Source: Gemmatimonadales bacterium (lineage in GTDB: Bacteria; Gemmatimonadota; Gemmatimonadetes; Gemmatimonadales; GWC2-71-9). From it: a stretch of DNA of 64,000 bases. Where the stretch lies: NCBI GenBank assembly GCA_041615815.1, contig JBFJCP010000001.1, positions 192,001 through 256,000 on the forward strand, written 5' to 3'. The notes under the pieces were generated by a model, which was not told the origin of the DNA, did not search any database, and was given only the letters and a program-made list of their open reading frames with translations. This document shows, piece after piece, positions 1 to 8,287 of the stretch. The position numbers and the translations under genes are program-made. Positions within the stretch are counted from its first letter, which is position 1; each line of letters begins with the position of its first letter.

Positions 1-534
1 CAACGCAACATGCTCGTGATCCTCGGCTCCCTGGCGACTCCTCCGGACGGCTTCAATCCCGCGGACTTCCTCCAGCATCGTGACCCGCGGGTGCGGCGGG
101 AGGCCATTCGCGTCCTGCTGCGCCGCCCTGCCGGCCGAGAGCGGGCCGTCTGTCACGCGCTCGCCGACGAGGACCCGCGCACGGTGCGGCTGGGGCTCAA
201 CGCAGCGTTAGAGCGGTGTCCGGAAACGGCGGTTCCCCTGGTCGTCTCCCGGACCGGGTCGGAGACGCCCCAGGATCTGCGGGTGCTGGCCGTGCGCGCG
301 CTCGGACAGAGTGGGCAGCGAGTGGCCCTCGACACGCTGCTCCAGATCGTCCAGCCGCGCCGTGGGCTGTTCCGCTCGCGCCGCACCAAGTCGCCCGAGT
401 ACCTCGCAGCGCTGACGGCGCTGCATCGGTTCGCCGACCACCCCAGCGCCCAGCGCGCACTCGCCCAGGCCGCCAAATCTTCCGATCCGGAGATCGTGCG
501 TGTCGCCAGCGGGGAACCCGCTCCCCACGGCTAA
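1..534 (+). CDS. HEAT-repeat protein, C-terminal part (truncated by window edge)
   Basis: Repeated 'D..VRREAIRVL', 'DEDPRTVRLGL' and 'DPEIVRVA' HEAT/PBS-lyase-like motifs; frame is open to position 1. Confidence 0.75.
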   Translation, partial: QRNMLVILGSLATPPDGFNPADFLQHRDPRVRREAIRVLLRRPAGRERAVCHALADEDPRTVRLGLNAALERCPETAVPLVVSRTGSETPQDLRVLAVRALGQSGQRVALDTLLQIVQPRRGLFRSRRTKSPEYLAALTALHRFADHPSAQRALAQAAKSSDPEIVRVASGEPAPHG

Positions 535-1701
535 GTGTCGGCCGCCGTCGAGTTCCTGACTGCCGTGGGCCAAACGCTGTCCGCGCTCACGCTGTATCCC
601 GAGGGGCACAAATCTCGGGAACACGCGGTCGACAACGTGTACGAGAAGCTCGTCGATCTCCACGAGCAGCAGCACACGGCGGTCTTTCTGTTCCTGGGTG
701 AGGAAGTCGTGTTTGCCGGTCAGCCGATTCACGAACTCAAGGACTGGGAATGGAGCCGGCGGTTGGCTGGCATTGGTGTCCAGCGACTCGAGATCGATGC
801 GCAAGCAACTCGCGACGAGCTCGAGGAGCTGTTAGACGAGATCCTCGCTCGATTGAATCTCCGGGCGCTGGACAGCACGGAAGCCCGTCAGATGCGGCTC
901 GGCGCAATCCGCTATGGCCGTGTGGGCATCGGTGACGAGGATAAAATGGACGAGGAGCTCACCACCGCCACGCTGGCGTTCACGCTCGGCGAGGAGGCGG
1001 ATACGATTCGGTGGCTGCATAACGAGATCACGTCGGGCCAGGGCCTGCCGTTGGTGGAAGCCGAATCCGTGGTCCGCAGCCTGGCGGTCGCCATGCACGG
1101 CGATCAGCACGTGATGGTGCCGTTGCTCCGGTTGCGACAATACGACGAGTACACCACCACTCATGCACTCAATGTGTGCGTCCTCGCCATGGCGCTCGCC
1201 GAGTGGATCGGCCTCGGTGCCCGCGATGTGCGGGCCTTCGGGATCGCGGGGCTGCTGCACGATCTCGGGAAAGTCAAGATTCCGCGCGAAGTGCTGAACA
1301 AAGCGGGCAAACTCACTGCCAGCGAACGGCAGCTCATGAACAGCCACCCCGTCCACGGCGCACGGATCATCGCGCACTCCCAGGCCGAGTTGGACGTGGC
1401 CGCCGTGGTGGCGTACGAGCACCACGTCATGATCAACGGAGGCGGGTACCCCACCTTCCAGTTCGCCCGCGATTGCCACTTCGCCAGCAAGCTCGTCCAT
1501 GTGTGCGACGTGTATGACGCCCTGCGAACTCGCCGTCCGTACCGGGGAGCGTGGCCATCCGATAAGGTCCTCGCGTATTTGGAAGAGCGATCCGGTCTCG
1601 AGTTCGACGGTCAGCTCGCCCACGGCTTCACCCAGATGGTGCGAGCGTGGGAACCGCGGATCGCCGCCGTCGCGGAGACCGAGCTCGTTCCCGTCGAGTG
1701 A
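535..1701 (+). CDS. HD-GYP domain phosphodiesterase (putative c-di-GMP PDE)
   Basis: YT..H, HDLGK, HP..G, HH....GGGYP and D.YDAL...RPYR motifs intact; GTG start directly after upstream TAA. Confidence 0.88.
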   Translation: MSAAVEFLTAVGQTLSALTLYPEGHKSREHAVDNVYEKLVDLHEQQHTAVFLFLGEEVVFAGQPIHELKDWEWSRRLAGIGVQRLEIDAQATRDELEELLDEILARLNLRALDSTEARQMRLGAIRYGRVGIGDEDKMDEELTTATLAFTLGEEADTIRWLHNEITSGQGLPLVEAESVVRSLAVAMHGDQHVMVPLLRLRQYDEYTTTHALNVCVLAMALAEWIGLGARDVRAFGIAGLLHDLGKVKIPREVLNKAGKLTASERQLMNSHPVHGARIIAHSQAELDVAAVVAYEHHVMINGGGYPTFQFARDCHFASKLVHVCDVYDALRTRRPYRGAWPSDKVLAYLEERSGLEFDGQLAHGFTQMVRAWEPRIAAVAETELVPVE

Positions 1702-1710
1702 GCCCTGGTG

Positions 1711-2508
1711 TTAAATCGCGAGAGAAAGTTGGGCCGTCACGGTACCACGGAGGGCCAGTAAAGGCTCGTCCTGAGACGCCACCAATAGCCGCCCCCGAAA
1801 CCCTCTCGTGCTGAGAGCGCGGTGGACAATCTCACGCGCCAGGTCCGGGCGATTGCATTGATCGCTGAGGTGGGCCAGAACCACGGTCGTGAGCCGGCGA
1901 TGACACAGCTGGGCCAGAAAGCGCGCCGTGGCCCGGTTCGAGAGGTGTCCGGTTGCGCTGGCGATCCGGTGCTGCACCGAGGGCGGATACGGCCCAGCCC
2001 GGAGTAACTGCTCGTCGTGGTTCGCCTCGACGATCAGACACGTGCACGAAGCGAGCAACCGACGCACCGCCTCCGTGGGTCGGCCGAGATCGTACGCCAC
2101 TCCCACTTTGACGCCCGCTCGTGGGTCTTCCACGGCCACACACAGGGGCTCAGCCGCATCGTGGTCCGTGCGGCAGGCGGTGACCGCAAAGGTCCCGACG
2201 ACCATCGAGCGTTCGGGCTCGATCACCCTGGCATCGACGCCCTCGGTATCGAGCGCGCGCAGCGTCCCTCGCGACGCGTAGAGCGGGCACGCCCGCCGTC
2301 GGGCAATCCCCATCGCGCCCCGCGCATGATCTCCGTGCTCGTGCGTCAGCACGATGGCCCGAAGGGAGCGAAGGTCGACGCCTGCCTGTTTCGCCCGGGA
2401 AACCAGGGTACGGAATCCAAATCCCGCATCGACCAGGACCGCGCCGTTGGTCCCGCAGAACGCGATCGCATTGCCGCGACTACCCGAGCCCAATACGGTG
2501 ACCCTCAC
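1711..2508 (-). CDS. MBL-fold metallo-hydrolase (YycJ/WalJ-like)
   Basis: LGSGSRGN, VDAG, THEHGDH, EANHD, GHLSN and HLS motifs. Confidence 0.88.
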   Translation of the reverse strand: MRVTVLGSGSRGNAIAFCGTNGAVLVDAGFGFRTLVSRAKQAGVDLRSLRAIVLTHEHGDHARGAMGIARRRACPLYASRGTLRALDTEGVDARVIEPERSMVVGTFAVTACRTDHDAAEPLCVAVEDPRAGVKVGVAYDLGRPTEAVRRLLASCTCLIVEANHDEQLLRAGPYPPSVQHRIASATGHLSNRATARFLAQLCHRRLTTVVLAHLSDQCNRPDLAREIVHRALSTRGFRGRLLVASQDEPLLALRGTVTAQLSLAI

Positions 2509-3674
2509 GACGCCACCGCGTGGTCGTAGATGGCCCCCAGCGCCGCCCGTACCGCGTCGGTCACCTCGATCTGCCGCCGAGGCATCATGCGCGCGGCGAC
2601 CGTGAGAAACCCGTCACGGTCCATCCGGCCGCCGTCCACTCCCCAGACAAAGGGCGGCACGTACTTCGGAGGTGGCGTTGCGCCGAACACGTTGGCGCCG
2701 ACCCCGATCACCGTTCCCGTATTCAACAACGTCCCAATGGCCGTCTTGGCGTGATCTCCCACGAGCGCACCGAGAAACTGCCGTCCCGTTTCGATCCGTT
2801 CGCCAGCCACCTCCAACCGCACAGGTCCGTATGTGTTTTTCAGGTTGGACGTCACGGTGCCCGCCCCGAGGTTGACCCAGCGCCCGAGCACCGTGTGCCC
2901 CACGAAACCATCGTGGGACTTGTTTGCGAATCCGAAGAGCACGGAATGGGCTATTTCACCACGAACCTTGCAGCGTGGCCCAATGCTGCAGTGCGATACC
3001 GGCCCGCCGAGGATTTCCGTGCCCGCTCCGATGTAGACCGGACCTTCGAGTCGCGTTCCCCCGCGAACATAGGCGTGCTCCTCGACGACCACGGCGCCTC
3101 CTCGAACGTCGAACGTCACCCCCGGCTCGACCACAGCGCCGAGCATGATCACTTCCGCCGGGTCACCAATGACCATGCTTCCATCCGGCAGGGGGTCACT
3201 AGGCTCGTGCGTGAAATCCACCATGTCCGCAACGAGGAAGTGTTCGAGCGCCGTGACGAGGTCGAACGCGCCCATCAGGAGGAATCCCTCGAGCTCGATC
3301 TCTTCCCAATTCTCGTGCTCACCCTCCCACGGCGTGCCGGCGGGCACCCACCAACCCACGGTGACCTGCTCGTTGACCAACCGCGCCGGGGTGTCGGACA
3401 GCGACGGCTTGACGCCCGAAGGTGCAAAATCAGCGCGTCCCACGATGGCCGGACCGTCCACGCTGCTACGACCCCGGATGGGGGGCACGCCCTGTTCGAC
3501 GAAACCGTACAGATGCGACGGACCGAAGATCGCTTGCGTCTCTCCTTCGGCGATCGCCTCCCAGCGTTCGCGGATGAGCCAGGCACCGGCTCGCAGCTCG
3601 GCCACGGGACGGCTGTCGGCAAAGGGATACCACATGGCGGAAAGCCCCGGCTCCACCAGGTAGACGTCCGTCAT
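2505..3674 (-). CDS. GlmU-like putative sugar nucleotidyltransferase with left-handed beta-helix
   Basis: RPVAELRAGA N-terminal motif, NKSHDGFVG, WVNLGAGTVTSNLKNTYG, hexapeptide repeats; ATG overlaps upstream TGA (ATGA). Confidence 0.8.
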   Translation of the reverse strand: MTDVYLVEPGLSAMWYPFADSRPVAELRAGAWLIRERWEAIAEGETQAIFGPSHLYGFVEQGVPPIRGRSSVDGPAIVGRADFAPSGVKPSLSDTPARLVNEQVTVGWWVPAGTPWEGEHENWEEIELEGFLLMGAFDLVTALEHFLVADMVDFTHEPSDPLPDGSMVIGDPAEVIMLGAVVEPGVTFDVRGGAVVVEEHAYVRGGTRLEGPVYIGAGTEILGGPVSHCSIGPRCKVRGEIAHSVLFGFANKSHDGFVGHTVLGRWVNLGAGTVTSNLKNTYGPVRLEVAGERIETGRQFLGALVGDHAKTAIGTLLNTGTVIGVGANVFGATPPPKYVPPFVWGVDGGRMDRDGFLTVAARMMPRRQIEVTDAVRAALGAIYDHAVAS

Positions 3675-4708
3675 GGGAGGAGATCGCGAAACGTGGGCGG
3701 CAAGGCGGCGAGCATCGACTTGAGATCGGCGGCGCGCTCGCGCGTCGTGACGAGCGTGACGCCGTTGGCGTGCACGACGACGAGATCCCGCACTCCATCC
3801 ACGAGCACCGCCTGTTCCTCTCCCCATACGACGCAGTCGTGACATCCCCGCTGGATCGCTCGACCCACCACCACGTTGCCATCCGCATCCATGGGCCGCA
3901 CCCGCGGCAGCGCGCCCCAGGTCCCCACGTCGTCCCATGGAAACTCGCCTGGTACCACGGCGACGCGCTCACTTCGCTCGAAATGCGACACGTCAACCGC
4001 CACCGGCGTCACGGCGTCGAAGAACGCTCGGAATTCTTCCTGAGCGAGCAGGTCGAGATGCGGAGCGATCTCAGGGGCCACATGTCGCGTCTCCGCCAGA
4101 AAGCGATTCGCCGTCCAGGCAAAAAGCCCGCTGTTCCACAACGCGCCCTTCGCCATGAGCGCCCGTGCACGGGAGCGATCGGGTTTTTCAACGAAGCGCG
4201 CGACCCGTCGCGCGTTCCCATCCATCTCCGTGCCCGGCTGGATGTACCCGTATCCCGGATCGGGACGCGACGGAACGATGCCAACCGTCACCAACACGTC
4301 GTGCCGCTGGGCGATGTCCAACGCGCGCGACGCCGTGGCACGGAACGCCTCGTCGTTACCGACGTACCAGTCTGCATGGAGCGAGAGTATCACGGCGTCG
4401 GGATCTCGGGCTTGGGCGGTGGCCGTGGCCCAGGTGAGGGCCGGGGCGGTCGACGCCGCACGGGGTTCGCCAAGCACATTCGCCCCAGGGATCTCCGGCA
4501 CGAGCGCCCGGACGGCGTCCACCAGCGACGCGCCGGTGATGATGAGGATCTGCTCCGTGGGGATGAGGCCGCGCAAGCGCCCAACGGCCTGGACCAGCAG
4601 GGGTCGATCGCCCGCCAGCGCCAGCAGCTGCTTGGGCCGCTGCGGTGTGGACAACGGCCAGAACCGGGTACCGGAGCCACCAGCGAGGACCGCCGCCCAA
4701 TGACTCAC
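3671..4708 (-). CDS. manC: Mannose-1-phosphate guanylyltransferase
   Basis: LAGGSGTRFWPLS..PKQLL, GYGYI, FVEKP, WNSG and WDDVGTW motifs. Confidence 0.9.
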   Translation of the reverse strand: MSHWAAVLAGGSGTRFWPLSTPQRPKQLLALAGDRPLLVQAVGRLRGLIPTEQILIITGASLVDAVRALVPEIPGANVLGEPRAASTAPALTWATATAQARDPDAVILSLHADWYVGNDEAFRATASRALDIAQRHDVLVTVGIVPSRPDPGYGYIQPGTEMDGNARRVARFVEKPDRSRARALMAKGALWNSGLFAWTANRFLAETRHVAPEIAPHLDLLAQEEFRAFFDAVTPVAVDVSHFERSERVAVVPGEFPWDDVGTWGALPRVRPMDADGNVVVGRAIQRGCHDCVVWGEEQAVLVDGVRDLVVVHANGVTLVTTRERAADLKSMLAALPPTFRDLLP

Positions 4709-4794
4709 GACGCGTGGGGACGGACGGAACTGGCGTCAGCCCACGTCGCGCACGTCATCAGGTCGACGAGGAGAAGCGGCGAGTCGAGAGCCCG

Positions 4795-5151
4795 TCAGAG
4801 TAACCGGGCGATGGCGGCGCGGTGTCGACGCAGCTCGTAGAGAAGCGTTCCAATGTTCGTGTCAGGCCGAAAGAACATGGCCAAAAGCGCTTCCTGGTTG
4901 AGCTCCGTTATCAGCACGAGACCACCACCAGCATATTCGACGATGCCGGTGCCGAAACCGCCTCGAGCGGACGCGTCGCCGAGTTGGCGACAGGCTTCGG
5001 CCACCGCAGGGACGAGCGCCGCGAGGCCATCGACATCCAACCCATTCCTCGCGTGCGCGTCGATCGTCAGCCCGTCCTGACCGGCCACGACGACCGCGTC
5101 TACCCCTGGGCGATTGGCAAGCGCCTGAACCACATCACGTATCGTTGGCAT
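4795..5151 (-). CDS. Roadblock/LC7 (MglB-like) protein
   Basis: PGVDAVVVAGQDGLTI and NIG.L.YELRR pattern, 118 aa; start placed at ATG 5151. Confidence 0.82.
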   Translation of the reverse strand: MPTIRDVVQALANRPGVDAVVVAGQDGLTIDAHARNGLDVDGLAALVPAVAEACRQLGDASARGGFGTGIVEYAGGGLVLITELNQEALLAMFFRPDTNIGTLLYELRRHRAAIARLL

Positions 5152-5158
5152 CGGCGCC

Positions 5159-5230
5159 AAGCTAGGAATGACCGGGAGTGAAGTCAAGCCAAAGATGCCG
5201 CTTGACCGGCCACTGGGGGCCGGCTAATCT
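5159..5230. promoter_or_regulatory. Back-to-back sigma70-type promoters
   Basis: Minus strand TTGACT-17-TAGCTT (5187-5159); plus strand TTGACC-17-TAATCT (5202-5230). Confidence 0.65.
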
Positions 5231-5242
5231 TCTGCCACTCGC

Positions 5243-5821
5243 ATGAGGTCTATGTCCTTTTCTCCCATTCGGTTGGCCGCTGGTCTCCTGAGCACGGCCC
5301 TCGCGCTTGCTGCGTGCGGCGACTCGCTCGGGCTTCCGCCGGCCCTCTTCGACAATGTCGTGGACACCACGACGCTCTTCGCCCTCCGCGGCACGGACAT
5401 CTCCGCCCCCTCGGGGTTCGATTTGGTTAACCGTTTGCCGCGCCGCACCGAGTTGGGGGAATCGTTCGATTTGGCGTTCGACATCGACCCGGCTGGCCGG
5501 CCACTGATCTACCCGGCGACGGCCCTTGGCTTGACCACCGTTGCCGGCATCCAGCGGAGCAACGACACGTTCGATCGGATCCAGCGGGCGCCCACCGATG
5601 GCTACGAGTCGGACAGCGCCTTGGTCGTTCAGGAAGGGACGGTGTTCCTGGCCCGTTCTCGCACGGCATCGGATTTCTGCAGCTTCCTCGGTAGCCTGCC
5701 GCGGTTTGGGAAGTTCCACATTCTCACCATCGACGACGCCACCCGCAGCATGACGTTCGAGCACGTGGTGAATGCGAATTGCGGCTTCCGGAGCCTCGTC
5801 CCGGGTCCCGTAGAGAACTGA
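5243..5821 (+). CDS. Hypothetical lipoprotein
   Basis: Signal peptide with LAAC lipobox; beta-rich mature part containing two Cys. Confidence 0.7.
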   Translation: MRSMSFSPIRLAAGLLSTALALAACGDSLGLPPALFDNVVDTTTLFALRGTDISAPSGFDLVNRLPRRTELGESFDLAFDIDPAGRPLIYPATALGLTTVAGIQRSNDTFDRIQRAPTDGYESDSALVVQEGTVFLARSRTASDFCSFLGSLPRFGKFHILTIDDATRSMTFEHVVNANCGFRSLVPGPVEN

Positions 5822-5825
5822 GTCG

Positions 5826-7109
5826 GTGATCGATATTCGAGAGGTGCGCGAGTCGCCCGGTATGGTTCGGACGGCGCTCGGGCGTCGTGGGCCGGAGAAC
5901 GCCGTTGTCGTCGACGCGCTCCTCGCACTCGACCAACGACGAAGAGACATCCTCCAAGAGGCCGAGGCACTCAAGGCGCAGCGCAACCGGGCCTCCGAAG
6001 AAGTCGCCCGCCGAAAGCGCGACGGCGAGGACACCGCAGCGCTCATCGTGGAACTCAAGGGCGTCAGTGACGCCATCAAGGGACACGATCAGGAGCTTCG
6101 AGCGGTGGAGTCGGAGCTGCGAGACCGGCTCCTCCGAGTCCCCAATCTCCCTCTCGACGACGTACCCGCGGGCGATGTCACCGCGAACACGGTGGTGAGC
6201 ACCTGGGGATCGAAACCCGACTTCGCCTTTGAGCCACGGGCGCACTGGGACCTCGCCGGCGATCTGGGCATACTCGATCTCCCCCGGGGTGCGAAGCTCT
6301 CCGGGAGTGGGTTCCCCCTCTTCCGCGGCCTCGGTGCGCGGCTGGTGCGCGCGTTGGTGAGCTTCATGATCGATCTGCACACCTCCGAGCACGGTTACGT
6401 GGAAGTCGCGCCGCCGTATCTCGTCACGCCCGAAGCCGCGGAGGGCACGGGTCAGCTCCCCGGGTTTGCCGACGACATGTACGAGACCCGGGACGGCCTC
6501 TTCCTCATCCCCACGGCGGAAGTGCCGCTGACCAATCTGCATCGGGACGAGATCCTGGTCGCTGCCGAGCTTCCCCTCGCGTACGTCGCCTACACGCCAT
6601 GCTTTCGTCGTGAAGCGGGTGCGGCCGGCAAGGATACGCGAGGGCTCATCCGGGTCCATCAGTTCGACAAGGTGGAGCTGGTGCGCTTTTGCCAGCCGGA
6701 GGATTCGGTGAGCGAGTTGCATTTGCTGTTGCAGCACGCCGAGACGGTCCTCCAGCGACTCGGGATCCCCTATCGCGTGGTGGTGCTGGCAACCGGTGAT
6801 CTTGGCTTCGCCAGCGCGAAGACGTTCGATATCGAGGTCTGGGCAGCTGGCGTGGGGACCTGGCTGGAAGCATCGAGTGCCAGCACGTTCACCGATTTTC
6901 AGGCCCGGCGCGCCAACATTCGGTTTCGGCCCCCGGGAGGGGCCAAACCAGAATACGTTCATACGCTGAATGCTTCGGGCGTGGCGCTTCCGCGCACGCT
7001 CGTGGCGCTCCTCGAAAACAATCAGGAGGCGGATGGATCGATCCGTGTGCCCAGCGCGTTAGCGCCCTATCTGGGAACGGAGCGCCTGACGCCAAGCGGC
7101 GGTGCGTAG
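5826..7109 (+). CDS. serS: Serine--tRNA ligase
   Basis: N-terminal coiled coil; LIPTAEVPL, FRREAG, RVHQFDKVE and HTLNASG motifs. Confidence 0.97.
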   Translation: MIDIREVRESPGMVRTALGRRGPENAVVVDALLALDQRRRDILQEAEALKAQRNRASEEVARRKRDGEDTAALIVELKGVSDAIKGHDQELRAVESELRDRLLRVPNLPLDDVPAGDVTANTVVSTWGSKPDFAFEPRAHWDLAGDLGILDLPRGAKLSGSGFPLFRGLGARLVRALVSFMIDLHTSEHGYVEVAPPYLVTPEAAEGTGQLPGFADDMYETRDGLFLIPTAEVPLTNLHRDEILVAAELPLAYVAYTPCFRREAGAAGKDTRGLIRVHQFDKVELVRFCQPEDSVSELHLLLQHAETVLQRLGIPYRVVVLATGDLGFASAKTFDIEVWAAGVGTWLEASSASTFTDFQARRANIRFRPPGGAKPEYVHTLNASGVALPRTLVALLENNQEADGSIRVPSALAPYLGTERLTPSGGA

Positions 7110-8286
7110 GTTTGGACGGAAGCTCAAGCTAGCGGGTCCACGACTCGTCCTTGCGTTGGTGGTGATCTTCGCCGGCGTTTCGTTCTGGCAGGTATGGGAC
7201 GTCGCGAGTTATCTACGGCAACAAGCCCGGGAGACCTCCCGAATCTATGGCCGCGTGACCGCGGCTCTCGCCGATCCCCGCCCGGAGGCCAACGCCGAGG
7301 CGTTGGTGGAGCTCTTGCCCCAAATCCGTGCCACCGGAATCCCGCTGGTCGTCACCGACCAATCCGGCCAGCCGATGGCCGCCGCTAACCTCCCGTTCGA
7401 GGCTTTGCTGGATGACCCGTTGGTGACGGAGTACGTCACACGCCTCGACCGAACCAATCCGCCCATCCAAATCCCGGGCCTCGGCCAGATTCATTACGGC
7501 GCACTTCCCGTGTTGCGCCGACTCACGTGGCTCGGGCTCCTGCAACTTGGCATTCTGGTCACCGCGGTGGCGATCGGGTTTTGGGCGTATGGCGCCACGG
7601 TGCGCCGTCACCGAGATCTGCTCTGGGTCGCGATGGCCCGCGAATCCGCTCACCAACTGGGCACGCCGCTCATGAGCGCATCGGCCTGGGTGGAGCGACT
7701 CGCCGAAGGAAGCACCGCACCAGACGTCATCGCGCGGCACCTCAACGCGGACCTCGAGCGGTTGCAGCGGGTGGTGCAGCGATTCGAGCGCATCGGACGG
7801 CCCGCCAGACGCGACCGCGTGGGACTCGGGGCGCTCGCTGAGCGTGTCGCGATGTACTTCCAGCCCCGACTTCCCAGGCATGCCAACCCGGTAGTGCTTT
7901 CCGTCAATGCACCGGTGGCAGGTCCGATGATCAGCGCAGATCCCGTGCTCCTCGAATGGGCCATCGAGGCGTTGGTCCGCAATGCCATCGATGCGTTGAG
8001 CGGTCGGGGCGGACAGATCGACATCACGGTCCGCGGTCATGGCGAGCACGCGACCATCGCCGTGGCGGACAACGGCCCTGGGATTCCGGCGTCGGTCCGT
8101 GCCAATCTGTTCGATCCCGGCGTGTCCACCAAACCGGGCGGCTGGGGGATCGGGCTGGCACTGGCCCGCCGAATCGTTGAGGACGTGCACAGGGGGCGGC
8201 TGGATTTGGACCTGACGGCCGAGGGAACGGCGTTCGTAGCGCGGTTGCCGGTGGCGCCCGACGAGCCGCCGGCCCACGAGGCCTGA
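7102..8286 (+). CDS. Membrane sensor histidine kinase
   Basis: Two TM helices; H-box ESAHQLGTPL; N box NAIDA; G boxes DNGPGI and GWGIGL. Confidence 0.9.
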   Translation: MRRFGRKLKLAGPRLVLALVVIFAGVSFWQVWDVASYLRQQARETSRIYGRVTAALADPRPEANAEALVELLPQIRATGIPLVVTDQSGQPMAAANLPFEALLDDPLVTEYVTRLDRTNPPIQIPGLGQIHYGALPVLRRLTWLGLLQLGILVTAVAIGFWAYGATVRRHRDLLWVAMARESAHQLGTPLMSASAWVERLAEGSTAPDVIARHLNADLERLQRVVQRFERIGRPARRDRVGLGALAERVAMYFQPRLPRHANPVVLSVNAPVAGPMISADPVLLEWAIEALVRNAIDALSGRGGQIDITVRGHGEHATIAVADNGPGIPASVRANLFDPGVSTKPGGWGIGLALARRIVEDVHRGRLDLDLTAEGTAFVARLPVAPDEPPAHEA

Positions 8287-8287
8287 G

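Noticed and set aside
4705..4797. Open frame continues past the roadblock TGA to a stop overlapping the manC start
   Set aside because: The roadblock domain is already complete, the extension has no recognisable features, and this is expected by chance in GC-rich DNA
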